Assembly: GCA_039794045.1 (NCBI GenBank)
Contig: JBAMLY010000007.1
Location: 1-35,500 of the forward strand
Length of the DNA: 35,500 nt
Direction: 5' to 3'
From: Candidatus Micrarchaeia archaeon
GTDB taxonomy: Archaea > Micrarchaeota > Micrarchaeia > Norongarragalinales > UBA8480
Both the position numbers and the translations under genes were made by a program. Positions 34,080 through 35,500 of the stretch are shown piece after piece. How positions within the stretch are numbered: position 1 is the first letter of the stretch; every line of letters begins with the position of its first letter. The notes under the pieces were generated by a model. It had not been told where the DNA came from. It saw only the letters and a list, made by a program, of their open reading frames with translations, and made no database searches.

Positions 34080-35500
34080 TTGGCGAAAGAAAAACAACTC
34101 CTCAAAACACTAAACCAACACCAAGCCGCCTACGTCGACCTCGATTTAGGCGACGAAGCAAGAAACGGGGAATACCTACTCACAGTCTACCACCTCAAGC
34201 CAAGCAACACCCTCAACACCCTACAAGCAGCCGCGGAAGTCGCCGCCGAATCATCCACTGGCACAAACTTCAAAGTAGAAACCGAAACACCGTTCTCCCG
34301 CGAAATGAACGCCAAAGTATACCAACTAGACTTGAAGAGAAACCTCGTCTGGATAGCCTACCCCTGGCGCTTGTTCGACCGCCGCGGCAACATCCAAAAC
34401 ATTCTCACCTACATTGCTGGAAACATATTCGGAATGAAGGAAGTAACAGCCCTCAAACTATTAGACGCGTGGTTCCCGCCAGCAATGCTGGAACAATACG
34501 ATGGCCCAAGCTACACCATAGACGACATGCGCGAATACCTCGACGTCCACGACCGCCCAATACTCGGCACCATAATAAAACCAAAAATGGGTTTGACTTC
34601 CGCGGAATACGCTGAAGTATGCTACGACTTCTGGGTCGGCGGCGGCGACTTCGTAAAAAACGACGAACCACAAGCAAACCAAGACTTCTGCCCCTACGAC
34701 AAAATGGTGGCACACGTAAAGCAAGCAATGGACAAAGCAGTCAAGAAAACCGGCCAAAAGAAAGTCCACTCCTTCAACGTCTCAGCAGCAGACTTCGACA
34801 CAATGATACAACGCTGCGAAATGATTCGCAGCGCAGGCTTCGAGCCAGGCAGCTACGCCTTCCTAGTAGACGGCATAACCGCTGGCTGGACAGCAGTCCA
34901 AACACTGCGAAGAAGATACCCTGACGTATTCATCCACTTCCACCGCGCAGGCCACGGAGCCTTCACGCGCCCAGAAAACCCAATAGGGTACAGCGTCCTA
35001 GTCCTATCAAAGTTCGCCCGACTCGCAGGAGCCTCCGGCATCCACACCGGCACCGCAGGCGTCGGCAAAATGAAGGGAGGCACCGAAGACATCATCGCCG
35101 CCCACAACATCCAACACTTCAAAGAAAGAGGCTTGTTCTTCGAACAAGAATGGAGCACAATCCCAGAAAAAGACAAGGAAGCAATAGAACTCGTCCACCG
35201 CGACCTAGCCCACCACCCCATCCTCCAAGACGACAGCTGGCGCGGCATAAAAAAAACTTGTCCAATCATTTCCGGCGGCCTCAACCCCACCCTACTCAAA
35301 CCATTCATCGACGCCATAGGCAACACCGACTTCATCACCACAATGGGCGCAGGCGTACACGCCCACCCCCAAGGCACCCGCGCAGGCGCAACCGCCCTCG
35401 TCCAAGCATGCGAAGCCCACCAGAAAAAAATCCCAATCGAAAAATACGCGAAAACACACAAAGAACTCGCACAAGCAATAAAGTTCTTCAGTAAAAGCAA
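34080..35500 (+). CDS. rbcL: RuBisCO large subunit, form II/III (runs off window end; missed by the ORF track)
   Basis: Manual translation from TTG 34080 (GAGGTGA SD): EVAAESSTGT, GNIFGMK, GTIIKPKMGL, GGDFVKNDEPQANQ, HFHRAGHG, HTGTAGVGKM, PIISGG, MGAGVHAHP. Confidence 0.95.
   Translation, partial: MAKEKQLLKTLNQHQAAYVDLDLGDEARNGEYLLTVYHLKPSNTLNTLQAAAEVAAESSTGTNFKVETETPFSREMNAKVYQLDLKRNLVWIAYPWRLFDRRGNIQNILTYIAGNIFGMKEVTALKLLDAWFPPAMLEQYDGPSYTIDDMREYLDVHDRPILGTIIKPKMGLTSAEYAEVCYDFWVGGGDFVKNDEPQANQDFCPYDKMVAHVKQAMDKAVKKTGQKKVHSFNVSAADFDTMIQRCEMIRSAGFEPGSYAFLVDGITAGWTAVQTLRRRYPDVFIHFHRAGHGAFTRPENPIGYSVLVLSKFARLAGASGIHTGTAGVGKMKGGTEDIIAAHNIQHFKERGLFFEQEWSTIPEKDKEAIELVHRDLAHHPILQDDSWRGIKKTCPIISGGLNPTLLKPFIDAIGNTDFITTMGAGVHAHPQGTRAGATALVQACEAHQKKIPIEKYAKTHKELAQAIKFFSKS

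Noticed and set aside
34453..35500. Listed ORFs 34453-34728, 34461-34769, 34619-34924, 34853-35500, 35007-35198, 35150-35494 and 35292-35474
   Set aside because: Shadow or alternative frames of the RuBisCO gene, favoured by the skewed composition.

Overview
Archaeal core-genome region, most likely from a DPANN lineage such as Micrarchaeota. This is inferred from the eS6/eS8/eS1/eS28/eL24/L7Ae ribosomal genes, TFB, a histone, aIF5B, form II/III RuBisCO, a multi-intron tRNA and TGxF-tailed surface proteins. About 40 CDSs cover translation, transcription, repair (RNase HII, split Hef helicase/ERCC4 nuclease, RecJ/HAN-like DHH protein, ScpB), metabolism (type 1 IDI, GalT-like, alanine dehydrogenase, Ndk, dUTPase, RuBisCO) and cell-surface proteins. 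The ORF track missed rpl24e (25528-25701) and a nearly complete RuBisCO (34080 to the window end). A tRNA-Trp(CCA) with two introns lies at 12601-12751. The most notable observations are: (1) an archaeal protein matching plant Whirly ssDNA-binding proteins motif by motif, co-oriented with an OB-less HAN/RecJ-like nuclease; (2) three paralogous Ig-like surface proteins sharing an (L/I)TG(L/M)F-TM-tail signal; (3) a recurrent TACT-N7-AGT(A/T) palindrome at their promoters, beside a TrmB gene and at hsp20; (4) structured leaders on rps6e and rpl7ae and an orphan structured RNA near 29.0 kb. No CRISPR array, rRNA or mobile element was seen. All family assignments are from motif recognition; no searches were run.
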